In this document: one piece after another, positions 15,599 through 26,864 of the stretch
Layout: the number at the start of each line of letters is the position of its first letter
Position numbering within the stretch: the first letter of the stretch is position 1
Assembly (NCBI GenBank): GCA_022703255.1
Contig: JAKLDZ010000001.1
Coordinates: 1-45,798, forward strand
Length of the DNA stretch: 45,798 bases
Direction: 5' to 3'
DNA from: Myxococcota bacterium
GTDB lineage: Bacteria; Myxococcota_A; Polyangia; Polyangiales; Polyangiaceae
The notes under the pieces: model-generated
The model's database searches: none
What the model was told of the DNA's origin: nothing
The model's input: the letters and a program-made list of their open reading frames with translations, nothing else
Made by a program: the position numbers and the translations under genes

Positions 15599-16645
15599 AT
15601 GCGCGTTGTCTTCTCCGTGCGCCCTCCTTCACCGATCACTGCGCTCGCTTGCGCTCTCGCGTGCCTCGTCGCATCCGCCGTCGCTGCGGCCCATCCCGAC
15701 GATCCCCTCGTGCAGCAGACGACCCCCAGCGCGCCGCTGGTCATCGCGACCGATGCTCCACCCCCTCCGCCTCCTCCGCCTCCTCCGCCTCCTCCTGCGC
15801 GGCCCAAGGTGCGCGCAACGCCACCTCCCGAGCGTCCGACGGAGATCCGCCCGGTCGGCGCGTGGTCCGTCTCTGTACTCGCTCCGGTGATCACCGGAGC
15901 CAAGGCAGGCCCCGTCTCCTTCACCTGGCTCGGTGTCTCGTTCGTGTCGTACACCGGTCAGATGTGGTTCCTCCCGCAACCCGGACGGTCCGGATTCACG
16001 GCGCGGGCCGGCGGGCGCCTCGCCATGGCCGAGGCGATGCCCCTGGGCGTGTACGCCAGCGAGCTCGCGGGCGGCTCGGGGTACCGATGGAACCTCGGTG
16101 GGGCGCACCACTTTGCGCTCGTCGGCGCGATCGAGGGGAGCGGTGGGCTCGCCATGCAGCACCAGTTCGCGCTGCTGCGCTTCCCCGAAGCGGAGGCTGC
16201 CTGGCAGCACCACTCGCGCACTCACCTCGTCAGCATCGGAGGTCTTGCCGGCCTGTCGATGGTCGGGCGCTACGCCATCGGCAAGAAGCTCGTGGTCGGG
16301 GCCGAAGAGCAGCATGAGAAGGATGCGCTCTCGAGCACGCACTACTTCAAGCCATACCTCGGCGCTCGCGCCGACCTTGTGGTGAACCATCTGATGCTTT
16401 CGATGGCAGCGCGGCGCACGTATCTGGGAGACGCGGAGCCGGGAGGGCCGTTGGACCACCTGCTGGGGCACCTGTGTTACGCGCGCAGGTCCGACTTCAA
16501 GGCAGCCCCCTGGGGAGGGTGTCTGGTGGGCGAACTGTATCGAGGCGAGCTCGAGCGGATCGCCCCGGTGGAAGGGCCGGTTCGCGACGCTTGGTCGTAT
16601 CGGATCGGCTTGAATCTGATGCTGGCGCAGGTGCTGCTGAAGTAG
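15599..16645 (+). CDS. secreted hypothetical protein with poly-proline tract
   Basis: Signal-peptide-like ITALACALACLVASAVAAA, a run of 13 Pro, then a ~270-aa Gly- and aromatic-rich domain. I recognise no family. Confidence 0.65.
   Translation: MRVVFSVRPPSPITALACALACLVASAVAAAHPDDPLVQQTTPSAPLVIATDAPPPPPPPPPPPPPARPKVRATPPPERPTEIRPVGAWSVSVLAPVITGAKAGPVSFTWLGVSFVSYTGQMWFLPQPGRSGFTARAGGRLAMAEAMPLGVYASELAGGSGYRWNLGGAHHFALVGAIEGSGGLAMQHQFALLRFPEAEAAWQHHSRTHLVSIGGLAGLSMVGRYAIGKKLVVGAEEQHEKDALSSTHYFKPYLGARADLVVNHLMLSMAARRTYLGDAEPGGPLDHLLGHLCYARRSDFKAAPWGGCLVGELYRGELERIAPVEGPVRDAWSYRIGLNLMLAQVLLK
15758..15796 (+). repeat. in-frame CCN simple repeat encoding 13 consecutive prolines
   Basis: CCACCCCCTCCGCCTCCTCCGCCTCCTCCGCCTCCTCCT, containing three CCGCCTCCT units. 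Confidence 0.85.
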
Positions 16646-16652
16646 GGGAACG

Positions 16653-16674
16653 CAAGGCGCCAGACGGCGTCTTG
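16653..16674. terminator. hairpin between convergent genes
   Basis: CAAGGCGCC-AGAC-GGCGTCTTG, a 9-bp stem with one G-T wobble, lies 8 nt after stop 16645 and 35 nt from the convergent stop 16709. There is no U-tract. Confidence 0.3.
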
Positions 16675-16708
16675 CCCCGCTCTTCCACGGATCTGCGCAG
16701 GGGTTGGA

Positions 16709-17659
16709 TCAGGGCGCGGGGATCGTCACCACGACCGGGAGGTGATCCGATGCCTGCGTCGCCGGAACATGGGCTTCCACGGGCGCCGACCAGGACGACC
16801 CGAGGAAGACGTAGTCGATCCGTTTGGTCGGCGTGGCCACCGGGATCGTGAACCCGTCGCCGCTCCCCGCGGTGACCCAGGCGTCGCTGAGCTTCCCGCT
16901 CAAGGTCTTCATCGACGCCTCGTTGGGCGTGGCGTTCATGTCTCCCACCAGCACGGCCCACGGCTTGCCCCCGATCGCCGCCAGGATCTCGTTCACCTGC
17001 GTCGTGCGCTCCGCGGCCGTCAGCCCCAGATGCGTGATGCAGAACGGCACGGTCGTGCCGTTCACGTCGATGTCTACCACCACCAGGATGCGCTGCTCGG
17101 AGGCCGACGTGAGGTTGAGCTTGTCCGAGACGACGATCGGGAATCGCGACAGCACGGCGAGGCCGTAGAGGCCGCCGTCGGACAGCGTGAGCGCGCTCCG
17201 GAACAGGTTCCCCATGCCGGTGAGCTGTCCGAGCCGATGGGGCTGGTCCACGTTGCCGCTGCGGTCCGCGTCGACATCCACCTCCTGCAGCCCGACGATG
17301 TCCGCCTTCTCGGCGAGGATGACGTCGGCGATGGCACCGAGGCTCGACTCGGCGCCGTGCTTGATGTTGAAGGTCATGAGGCGGAGCATGGGGGCAGACG
17401 CTTCGGGTGACGAACTGTCCGGCGGAGGTGCGACGTCGGGAGTCACTGCGTCGGGGGGGGAGTCCGCCGAGGCATCCGCGACGCTCCCCCCGGAGCCCGC
17501 AGCCCCTGCGCTGCCCGAAGCGCCGGCGCACCCCGCGGCGTCCTGGGCTGGCGGGCAGTTGCAGGGCGTCGCCTCCTGCGACTCGTCGCTGCCGCACCCC
17601 ACGAGCCACGCGCCCAGCAGAGCGCCGACGATCCGAAGGACCCACGATCGGTGGAGCAT
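16709..17659 (-). CDS. endonuclease/exonuclease/phosphatase (EEP) family lipoprotein
   Basis: Lipobox WLVGC followed by a G/A/S/P-rich linker. EEP motifs LMTFNIKHG, VGLQEVD, LVGDMNATP and SDHLPVVV. Confidence 0.85.
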   Translation of the reverse strand: MLHRSWVLRIVGALLGAWLVGCGSDESQEATPCNCPPAQDAAGCAGASGSAGAAGSGGSVADASADSPPDAVTPDVAPPPDSSSPEASAPMLRLMTFNIKHGAESSLGAIADVILAEKADIVGLQEVDVDADRSGNVDQPHRLGQLTGMGNLFRSALTLSDGGLYGLAVLSRFPIVVSDKLNLTSASEQRILVVVDIDVNGTTVPFCITHLGLTAAERTTQVNEILAAIGGKPWAVLVGDMNATPNEASMKTLSGKLSDAWVTAGSGDGFTIPVATPTKRIDYVFLGSSWSAPVEAHVPATQASDHLPVVVTIPAP

Positions 17660-17685
17660 GCCGTCATCCTAGCCCCACGGGGGGC

Positions 17686-19407
17686 TCACTCCCACAGGCT
17701 CGTGAACTGCTGCCGCTCCACGTCCACGATGCCGCGATCGGTGATCCGAACCGTCGGGATCACCGCGAGCTGCACGAACGAAAGCGGCATGAAGATGTCG
17801 CGATCCGTTCCCAGCTCCCGCAGCGCCGCGTTGATCGCGCGCAGCGCCTCGGTCACCTCGAACAGGTCGCGATTCGACATCAGCCCCGCGAGCGGCAGCG
17901 GGAGCGAGGCGATCACCCGGCCCCCGCGGACCACCACCATGCCGCCGTTGTGCGAGGCGACGTGCTTCGCCGCCGCGATCATGTCGCCGTCATCCATGCC
18001 CGCAGCGCACAGGTTGTGGGCGTCGTGCCCCACGCTGGTCGCCACCGCGCCGGACTTCAGCCCGAGGCCGTGCACGAAGCCGACGGAGAACCCGGTGCCG
18101 TGGTGCCGATCGGCCACGAGCACCTTGGCGATGTCCCGGTCCGCGTCGGCGATCGCAAACCCCCCGGAGACCTTCGGCTAGAGCAGCATCTCCCGCGTCA
18201 GCAGCGAGCCCTGCGTCAACCCGATGACCCGCAGCCTCCCTTCGCGCGCCGGCACTGCGAGCGACTCGACACTCAAGGCCGGCAGCTTGAACCTCCCCAG
18301 CTGCTCCGGCACGTCGGCGTACGTTCCGCTCACCTCCTCGACCAGCCCCCCCTCGTTCACCACCACCCGCCCGTCCTTGACCACCATGCGGATGTCGAGC
18401 TTCTCCAGGTCGCTCACGAACACCATGTCGGCCTTGTAGCCGGGTGCGATCGCACCCATCGAGCGCAGGTTGAAGTAGCTGGCCGTGTTGATCGTCGCCA
18501 TCCGGATCGCAGTGAGCGGATCGACTCCCGCGCGGATCGCGCGTCGCACCAAACAGTCGATGTGTCCCTCGGTCAGGATGGCGAGCGGGTCGCGATCGTC
18601 GGTGCAGAAGCTGAAGCGGTGATGGTTCAGCGGCGTGACGGCGCCGATGAGGTTGTCCAGGTCGCGGGCGGCGCTGCCTTCGCGGATGAAGACGTGCATG
18701 CCGCGACGCACCTTCTCGAGGGCTTCCTGCGGGGTGGTGCACTCGTGGTCCGAGCGGATGAAGGCGCACAGGTACGCGTTGAGACGCTTGCCGCTGAGCC
18801 CCGGCGCGTGACCGTCGATCTTGCGGTAACGATGCCGCAGGATCTCGATCTTCGTGAGCAGCTCCCGATCGCGCCCCAGCACGGCCGGGTAGTTCATCAC
18901 CTCGCCCAGCGCGATCACGCGCTTGAGGTTGCGATCGACGAACTCGATCATCTCGTCGGTGCCGAGCGACGCCCCCGAGGTCTCGAGCTGGGTGGCCGGT
19001 ACGGCCGAAGGGATCCCGATGTAGACGTTGAGCGGGATGCCGTCGGTGGAGCGCACGATGTAGTCCACGCCCTCGGTGCCCGCGACGTTGGCGATCTCGT
19101 GGGGGTCGGCCACGACGGTGGTGGTGCCGCGCAGGAGCACGGCCTTGGCGAACTGGCGGGGCACCAGCATCGAGCTCTCGATGTGGATGTGCGCGTCGAT
19201 GAAGCCGGGCAGCGCGATCAGCCCCGCGGCGTCGATGATCTCGTCCGCCGCGCCGTAGTCTCCGATCCCCGCGATCCGCTTGCGGAAGATGGCGATGTCC
19301 GCGGCTTCGGTCTCGCCGGTGAAGACGTTGAGGATGCGTGCGTTGCGCACGATGCAGCGTGCGCGCTGATCGCCCAGGGCGACGGGGATGATATCTCGGA
19401 TCTTCAC
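17686..19407 (-). pseudogene. ade: adenine deaminase interrupted by an in-frame TAG (18178-18180)
   Basis: ORF 18178..19494 carries the amidohydrolase part (LPGFIDAHIHIESS, ADPHEIANV). ORF 17686..18123 carries the Adenine_deam_C part (ADRHHGTG...SVGHDAHNL...LPLAGLMS). The 18 codons between them (PKVSGGFAIADADRDIAK) are in the same frame. 574 codons in total, a normal Ade length. Probable start is GTG 19407 with GGAGAGG upstream. Confidence 0.8.
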
Positions 19408-19447
19408 GTGCCTCTCCCTGCGTTCGCGCGAAGGGCCGCGCGTCGCA

Positions 19448-20290
19448 TCACGCTGGTGACTTCTGTGCGATGGCGATGGATGCCGCGGGCGCAAAGCTCA
19501 AGGGCGTGCGGGCCGAGGGCGGATCGAGCCGGGCGTAGAACGCCTCTGCCATCGCGCCCAGACGCTCGCGTCCGAGCCCTTCGACCAGGTGGACGAAGGC
19601 GCCGCCGTTGCACAACGCCTGCAGGAATCCCTCGGCGGATCCGAAGGACATCGTGTTGCGGATCACGGCGTGGCGCACCAAGCGAAGGCCGCTGGAGGCG
19701 AGCAGCTCCCCCATCGATTCGCGTGACGCCAGCGCCCAGCCTCGCCTCGCCCCGCCCAGCTCCGGCGCCGTGTGAACGAGCGCCAGCTCCGCGAGCTGGA
19801 ACGGTCCGTCGGGCTCCGGAGGCCCCCACTCCAGCACCGCGATCCTGCCGTCCTCCCCCAGCGCTTCGCTCCAACTGCGCAGCACCTCGTCCCGATCCTC
19901 GAGCTGCCACAGCCCGAAGGCGCTCACGATCAGATCCCAGGTGCCACCGAGCGTGTCCGCGGCGTCCGCCACGCGGAAGTCGATCGGCATTGCGATGCCG
20001 GCCTTCTGCGCCTCCGCGCGAGCATGCTCGATCATCGTCGGTGAGGAATCCGTCGCGGCGAGCATCCCCGTGCCCTCGAGCGCACGGCTGATCGGAAGCA
20101 GCTCGGCGCCGGGCCCCGCAGCCGTCACGAGCACCCGCTCACCGGGGCGGGGGACCGCCCTGCGGATCAGGTCTTCGTGATAGGGGATCAGCCTTGGAAC
20201 CCAGAGATCGAAGTAGGGTGAAGCCGCCCTGTCCCAGCAGTTGCCGCGCATCGCCGGGAGAATGTAGCTGCGAAACGCGTCCGTGCTCAA
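19448..20290 (-). CDS. class I SAM-dependent methyltransferase
   Basis: Motif I-like ERVLVTAAGPGAE and post-I LAATDSSPTMIE, 280 aa, TTG start as given by the ORF track. Its stop lies 41 nt upstream of the ade start. Confidence 0.75.
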   Translation of the reverse strand: MSTDAFRSYILPAMRGNCWDRAASPYFDLWVPRLIPYHEDLIRRAVPRPGERVLVTAAGPGAELLPISRALEGTGMLAATDSSPTMIEHARAEAQKAGIAMPIDFRVADAADTLGGTWDLIVSAFGLWQLEDRDEVLRSWSEALGEDGRIAVLEWGPPEPDGPFQLAELALVHTAPELGGARRGWALASRESMGELLASSGLRLVRHAVIRNTMSFGSAEGFLQALCNGGAFVHLVEGLGRERLGAMAEAFYARLDPPSARTPLSFAPAASIAIAQKSPA

Positions 20291-20327
20291 GCAAACGCCG
20301 AACCGGGCGCCCCAAGGGTGGCCCCGG

Positions 20328-21962
20328 CTACTCGGAGCGCACGCCGTCGGCAGGCCTGAGGCGCGCTGCGTACAGCGACGGAACGATGGTGGCGAGCAGG
20401 CAGATCAGCAGGGCCACGCCGCCCGTGATGACGAACTCGATGGGCCGCACCTGCACCGGCAGGCTCGAGATGAAGTAGACCTTCGGGTCGAGCGGGAACC
20501 CGTACACCAGAAGCCCCTTGCACACGGCGTAGCCGAGCAGCAGCCCCAGCGACGTTCCCACCGTCCCGATGAACATCCCCTGGTACAGGAAGATCTTCAG
20601 CACCGCCAGGTCCGTCGCCCCCATCGTCTTGAGGACCGCAATCTCTTTCTTCTTCTCGAGCACGAGCATGATCAGCGTGGCGATCACCGTGAAGGCCGCA
20701 ACGACGATGATCAGCGCGAGCACGAGGCTCATGAGGATCTGCTGGATGCGCAGGGCGGTGAACAGCCCGTGGTTGAGCTCCTCCCAGTCCATCGTGTGGT
20801 AGAGGCTCGACGGAAGCTGCTTCTGGATTCTCGCGGAGATCGCCGCGGCTTCGTCGATGTTCGAGACCTTCATCTCGACACCGGTGACCACGTCGCCCAG
20901 ATCGTAGAACGCCTGCGCCTCGTACAGGTCGCAGTAGACGAGCTTGGAGTCGTACTGATCGAAGCCGGCCTCGAAGATCGCCACGACGCGGAACTGCTTG
21001 GCCACCGGTGGCTTGACCGCTCCCGCGACGTACGAAAAGCCGATCGTCGGCGAGGTGACCTGCACGCAGCTCCCCACACCCGCATCGAGGTTGCGTGCGA
21101 GCGTGCCCCCGATCACGATGCCCGGCATCTTCGCCACCTGGGCCGGATCGGTGCAGGGGTCCGGCGCCACGTCCTCGGGCAGATCCTCCGAGCTGTCCGG
21201 CAGCTCGCTCTGGTAGCCCCCCTCGGGCTCCGCCGAACCCACAATCGCATTCTTGGGAAGCGGCTTGTCGGTGTCGTCCTCGACGCCAGCATCGGGCGCT
21301 GAAGCCGCTCCGGCCTCGCTGCCCGCGTCGCCCGTGCCCGCATCGGCCCGCGCGCTCGCCTTGCGCTCGAGCTCCTCGATCTCCTTCTCCACCGCCCGCA
21401 GCAACGTCAGATTGCGTCCCGCGTCGTCGCGATCCGGCAAGGGCGCTCCAGCGTCGCCGATGCCCGCCGAGGGCAGCGGCTGCAGCGGCACGGGCGCCAG
21501 GGATCCGCCCTTGCGCTCCGGCGGCTTCGTACCCGGCAGGCGCAGTCCTTCGATCGAGCCTTGGGTCACGTGCTTGGGCAGGTCGAGCACCTGCGGCATC
21601 AGGCCGGGGTCGATCCCCTTGAGCAAGACGCCGGTGGCGGTCTTCTCGTGGTGGGTGACCATCATGGGGTTGATGGTGAAGGGGGCGACGCCGACGACGC
21701 CGGGGACTTCCTTCATCTTCGCCATGAGGGGTCGGTACTCGTTGAAGTCGGAGGAGTACTTGAGGACCAGGACGTGGGCGTTGACGCCGAGGACTTTCTC
21801 TCGGAACTGCGCCTGGAATCCGCCGGTGACGCTCATGACGGTGAGCAGAGCGGCGACGCCGAGGGTGACGCCGAGGGCGGCGAGGATGGTCCCGAGGGAG
21901 ACGAAGGCGCCGCGGTTGCGGGTGCCGAGGTAGCGGTAGGCGATCTGGAGCGGGTATCCCAT
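20328..21962 (-). CDS. LolC/LolE-type (FtsX/MacB family) ABC transporter permease with a large acidic insert
   Basis: ATG 21962 (MGYPLQIAYRYLGTRNRGAFVS). MacB-like periplasmic domain and C-terminal FtsX block (LEKKKEIAVLKTMGAT...LYAARLRPADGVR). A ~170-aa low-complexity segment rich in D, A, G, E and P sits in the periplasmic domain. Confidence 0.85.
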   Translation of the reverse strand: MGYPLQIAYRYLGTRNRGAFVSLGTILAALGVTLGVAALLTVMSVTGGFQAQFREKVLGVNAHVLVLKYSSDFNEYRPLMAKMKEVPGVVGVAPFTINPMMVTHHEKTATGVLLKGIDPGLMPQVLDLPKHVTQGSIEGLRLPGTKPPERKGGSLAPVPLQPLPSAGIGDAGAPLPDRDDAGRNLTLLRAVEKEIEELERKASARADAGTGDAGSEAGAASAPDAGVEDDTDKPLPKNAIVGSAEPEGGYQSELPDSSEDLPEDVAPDPCTDPAQVAKMPGIVIGGTLARNLDAGVGSCVQVTSPTIGFSYVAGAVKPPVAKQFRVVAIFEAGFDQYDSKLVYCDLYEAQAFYDLGDVVTGVEMKVSNIDEAAAISARIQKQLPSSLYHTMDWEELNHGLFTALRIQQILMSLVLALIIVVAAFTVIATLIMLVLEKKKEIAVLKTMGATDLAVLKIFLYQGMFIGTVGTSLGLLLGYAVCKGLLVYGFPLDPKVYFISSLPVQVRPIEFVITGGVALLICLLATIVPSLYAARLRPADGVRSE

Positions 21963-22272
21963 GATTTCCCGGATGCGGGAGAAGCGGAGCGACGCGGGCC
22001 TCTGGGGCTGCGAAGTGTGGTCCGCGATGTAGCAGGTTGTCCGGCCGGGTGACAGTCCGCGAAGCACGTGCCGTCAATGGGCGCACGCTCGGTGCATTGC
22101 GAGCCGTCCCCCCGCCTCGGTGGAGTCGAGCCTCGGCGCATTTTCCGCCCACGCCACGGTCGTCCCGAATGGACCGTCTCTTGCCCCTCCCCCGGCCGAT
22201 CCCGCGTAGTTGTCGTGTGTTGACGGATGCGATATCACAGGAGCATCCCGACCCGTATCGGGGAGCATCTCC

Positions 22273-23951
<1,679 letters not shown>

Positions 23952-23964
<13 letters not shown>

Positions 23965-25337
23965 CCTCCGAGCTGCTCGACCTCGTCCCTCCCGACGTGC
24001 ACTCGATCGCTTCGAGGCTGCAGGCCGCAGGGCTCCGTGCGTGGATCGTCGGCGGGTGTACCCGCGACCTGCTCCTCGGTCGCCCCGTCCACGACTGGGA
24101 TCTCGCCACCGACGCGCGACCCGATCAGGTCGTGGAGCTCTTCCGCCGCGTCATCCCCACTGGCATCCAGCACGGCACCGTCACCGTGATGCTCGGTCGT
24201 TCGGGGTACGAAGTAACCACCCTGCGCGGCGAAGGCGCCTATAGCGACGGTCGTCATCCCGACTCCGTCACTTTCGTCGGAGACCTCGTCGAGGATCTCG
24301 CGCGACGCGACTTCACCATCAACGCCATCGCTCTCGACCCTCGCACCGGAGAGGTGACCGATCCGTTCCAGGGGCAGGACGATCTGCGGGCGCGCAGCCT
24401 GCGGGCGGTGGGGGAGCCTGAGCGAAGGTTTTCCGAGGACGGCCTGCGGCTGATGCGTGCGGCGCGGTTCTCCGCAGTGCTCGGCTTCGAGATCGAGCCT
24501 GCAACCTTTGCCGCCATGAGCGCGACCGTCCAGACCCTCGAGAAGGTCAGCCAGGAGCGTGTGCGCGACGAGCTGCTCAAGACCCTGCAGGCCGCGCGTC
24601 CCTCGATCGGCCTCGAGGTCATGCGCCTGTCCGGCATCCTGCGCGTCGTCCTGCCCGAGCTGCTCCCCATGCACGGCTGCGCCCAGAACCGTTACCACGC
24701 CTACGACGTCTGGGATCACACCCTCGCCGTCGTAGACAGTCTCCGCCCCGACCCCGTCCTCCGCCTCGCAGCGCTGCTCCACGACGTCGGAAAACCCGCC
24801 GTGCGAGGCGTCAACGAGACCACCGGCGATTACACTTTCTACCACCACGAAGTCGTGGGCGGCGACATGTCCCGCGGCATCTGCGCGCGGCTCAAGCTCT
24901 CCAACCAGCAGCGCGAGCTCGTCGCCGACGTGGTGCGCCATCACCTGGTGGTCTACGACGATGCGTGGAGCGACTCCGCCGTGCGACGTTGGCTCAACCG
25001 CATTGGGGAGGAGCTGGTGGAGCCGGTGCTGGAGCTCGCGACGGCCGATGCCCACGGCAAGGGGCTCGATGCCTCCGAGGTGCTCGTCGCCCTCGACAAG
25101 CTGCGTGGACGCGTGAGCGAGCTTCGCGCAGCCGGAATGGCGCTGTCGGTCCGCGATCTCGCCGTCGACGGGCGCACGCTGATGGAGGCGTGCGAGCTGA
25201 AGCCGGGACCGGTCGTCGGGCAGACGCTCCGTCATCTTCTCGACGCGGTGATAGAGAATCCCTCGCTCAACGAACGCGGCGAGCTGATCGCGCTGGCGCG
25301 CCGATATCTGGACGACACCCGGCCCCCCGCGGGCTGA
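23952..25337 (+). CDS. cca: CCA-adding tRNA nucleotidyltransferase / poly(A) polymerase family protein with HD domain
   Basis: WIVGGCTRDLLLGRPVHDWDLAT, RRDFTINAIA and LLHDVGKP motifs. The GTG start overlaps the kinase stop by 13 nt. Confidence 0.85.
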
Positions 25338-25413
25338 GATCGTTCTGGTTGCGTCAGAAACCGCGGCGACCCCTCTTGCCGCCGCGTCCCGACTCCCCGA
25401 TAAGGTCCGGACG

Positions 25414-25986
25414 ATGACCAGCAGCGCCCGGATGGAGCAGGCCCTCGCGACCGCATGCCGCATCCACGCCGATCAGCGTCGGAAGGGAAGCGGAATCCCC
25501 TACCTCACCCACCTGCTCGCGGTCTGCGCGATCGTGGGCGAGTACGGCGGTGACGAAGACCAGATGATCGCCGCTCTCCTGCACGACACCCTCGAGGACC
25601 GCCCCGAGCGCTTCTCCCGCTCCGATATCGTCGAGCTCTTCGGCTGGCGTGTCGCCCACATCGTCGTCGGCTGCAGCGACTGCACTGCAAAACCGAAGCC
25701 CCCGTGGGAGCAACGCAAGCGGGCTTACCTCGCGCGCCTCCGACACCACGATCCCGGGGTCAAGCTCGTCTCCGCTGCCGACAAGCTCCACAACACACGC
25801 GCTCTCGTGCGCGACTTGAAGTCCTCCGGAGACGTCATCTGGGCGCGCTTCAATGCCACCCGCGAGCAGCAGTGCTGGTACCTGCGCGGCTGCGTGGACG
25901 CCCTGCGCGACGACTGGCGTCACAGCGTCGTAGACGACCTCGATCACGATGTCTCCGAGCTCGAGACCCTGTGCGGAGTGAAGTGA
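25414..25986 (+). CDS. HD domain phosphohydrolase (SpoT/RelA-hydrolase-like, HD_4 type)
   Basis: HADQRRKGSGIPYLTHLLAV...MIAALLHDTLED...KLVSAADKLHNTR. 190 aa. Confidence 0.8.
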   Translation: MTSSARMEQALATACRIHADQRRKGSGIPYLTHLLAVCAIVGEYGGDEDQMIAALLHDTLEDRPERFSRSDIVELFGWRVAHIVVGCSDCTAKPKPPWEQRKRAYLARLRHHDPGVKLVSAADKLHNTRALVRDLKSSGDVIWARFNATREQQCWYLRGCVDALRDDWRHSVVDDLDHDVSELETLCGVK

Positions 25987-26288
25987 TGCAGCCCCCGATT
26001 GCCCTCCAGGTGCTGTATTCCGGAATCCTTCCGATCGGCATCGGCGTCCATGAGGACCGCCTCGAGGTGCCCTTCGGCACTTCCGTACGAGAGCTGCTCG
26101 CGATGCTCTCCGAGCGCCACGGAGAGCCCTTCCGCGAAGCGATGTTCGTCGTCGGAGACCTCGTTCCCAATGCCATCCTCATCGCGCTGGGAAGAGAGAT
26201 TCGACACGGCCGCGGGCTCGATCTGCCGCTCGAGCATTCCGGCAGGGTCGAGATCATCCTGCTGCCTGCTGCGTCGGGGGGGGGGTGA
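25986..26288 (+). CDS. MoaD/ThiS-like ubiquitin-fold protein ending in Gly-Gly-Gly
   Basis: ATG 25986 overlaps the HD stop (TGATG). 100 aa: MQPPIALQVLY...FGTSVRELLAMLSERHGEPFREAMF...AILIALGREI...LEHSGRVEIILLPAASGGG. The length and the hydrophobic-PxxSGG tail fit MoaD/ThiS sulfur carriers. Confidence 0.6.
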   Translation: MQPPIALQVLYSGILPIGIGVHEDRLEVPFGTSVRELLAMLSERHGEPFREAMFVVGDLVPNAILIALGREIRHGRGLDLPLEHSGRVEIILLPAASGGG

Positions 26289-26329
26289 GAGGTAAGGACG
26301 CGATGCGACGATCGCGTCCCGAGTCGCCC

Positions 26330-26857
26330 TCATCGCTCCTGCGTGTCTGCGCTCCCCCACGCAAAGTGCGCTGCGACGATCGCGAGGCTCATCGCGACGT
26401 TCAGGCTCGAGCCGGTGCCCGCCATCGGCACGTGAACGTGGACCGCGCACGCCTCGAGCATCGCGGGGCTGACACCCTCTCGCTCGGCGCCCGCGACGAT
26501 GGCGATCGGTGCGTCGGGGGCCAATGACAGGGCGGGGTAGGGGACGGAGCGCGAGGAGATCTCCAGCGCGATGGCGCGCACTTCCTCTTGCGAGAGTCGC
26601 TCCACGGCTTCCCTGCGTCCGATCTGCTCCCAGCGCACGTGGTCGGTCTGCATGCGCGACAGCCTGCGCAGGCCTCTGTCGGTGGCCGGCGTGATGTCGG
26701 TCTCGACGAGCCAAACGCGTGCGCACAGGGAGCCTGCGAGGCGGAATGCGTGTGCCACGTTGGCCCGATCGGCGACGCCGTCGAGGACGAAGAGCATGGG
26801 GCGAGGCGCCTGCGGTGGAGCTGCGTGCGCCAGCGCATCGAAGTGGTCGAGCTGCAT
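26330..26857 (-). CDS. SpoU/TrmH family RNA 2'-O-methyltransferase
   Basis: IAIVAGAEREGVSPAMLEACAVHVHVPMAGTGSSLNVAMSLAIV is the typical SPOUT knot region. 175 aa. Confidence 0.8.
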   Translation of the reverse strand: MQLDHFDALAHAAPPQAPRPMLFVLDGVADRANVAHAFRLAGSLCARVWLVETDITPATDRGLRRLSRMQTDHVRWEQIGRREAVERLSQEEVRAIALEISSRSVPYPALSLAPDAPIAIVAGAEREGVSPAMLEACAVHVHVPMAGTGSSLNVAMSLAIVAAHFAWGSADTQER

Positions 26858-26864
26858 GGTGTGA

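Noticed and set aside
13347-15632. 761-aa minus-strand ORF opposite the yitJ-like gene, and the 894-aa + ORF at 17407..20091 opposite the EEP, ade and methyltransferase genes
   Set aside because: Same reasoning as above. The opposite-strand genes carry unambiguous family motifs, while these ORFs have none and show a skewed Arg/Gly/Asp/His composition.
22068-22272. Promoter or small gene in the 310-nt divergent region between the LolE-like gene and the kinase
   Set aside because: A TTGACG hexamer at 22229-22234 has no acceptable -10 partner at 16-19 nt spacing. No ORF with a ribosome-binding site is present, so there is not enough evidence for a call.
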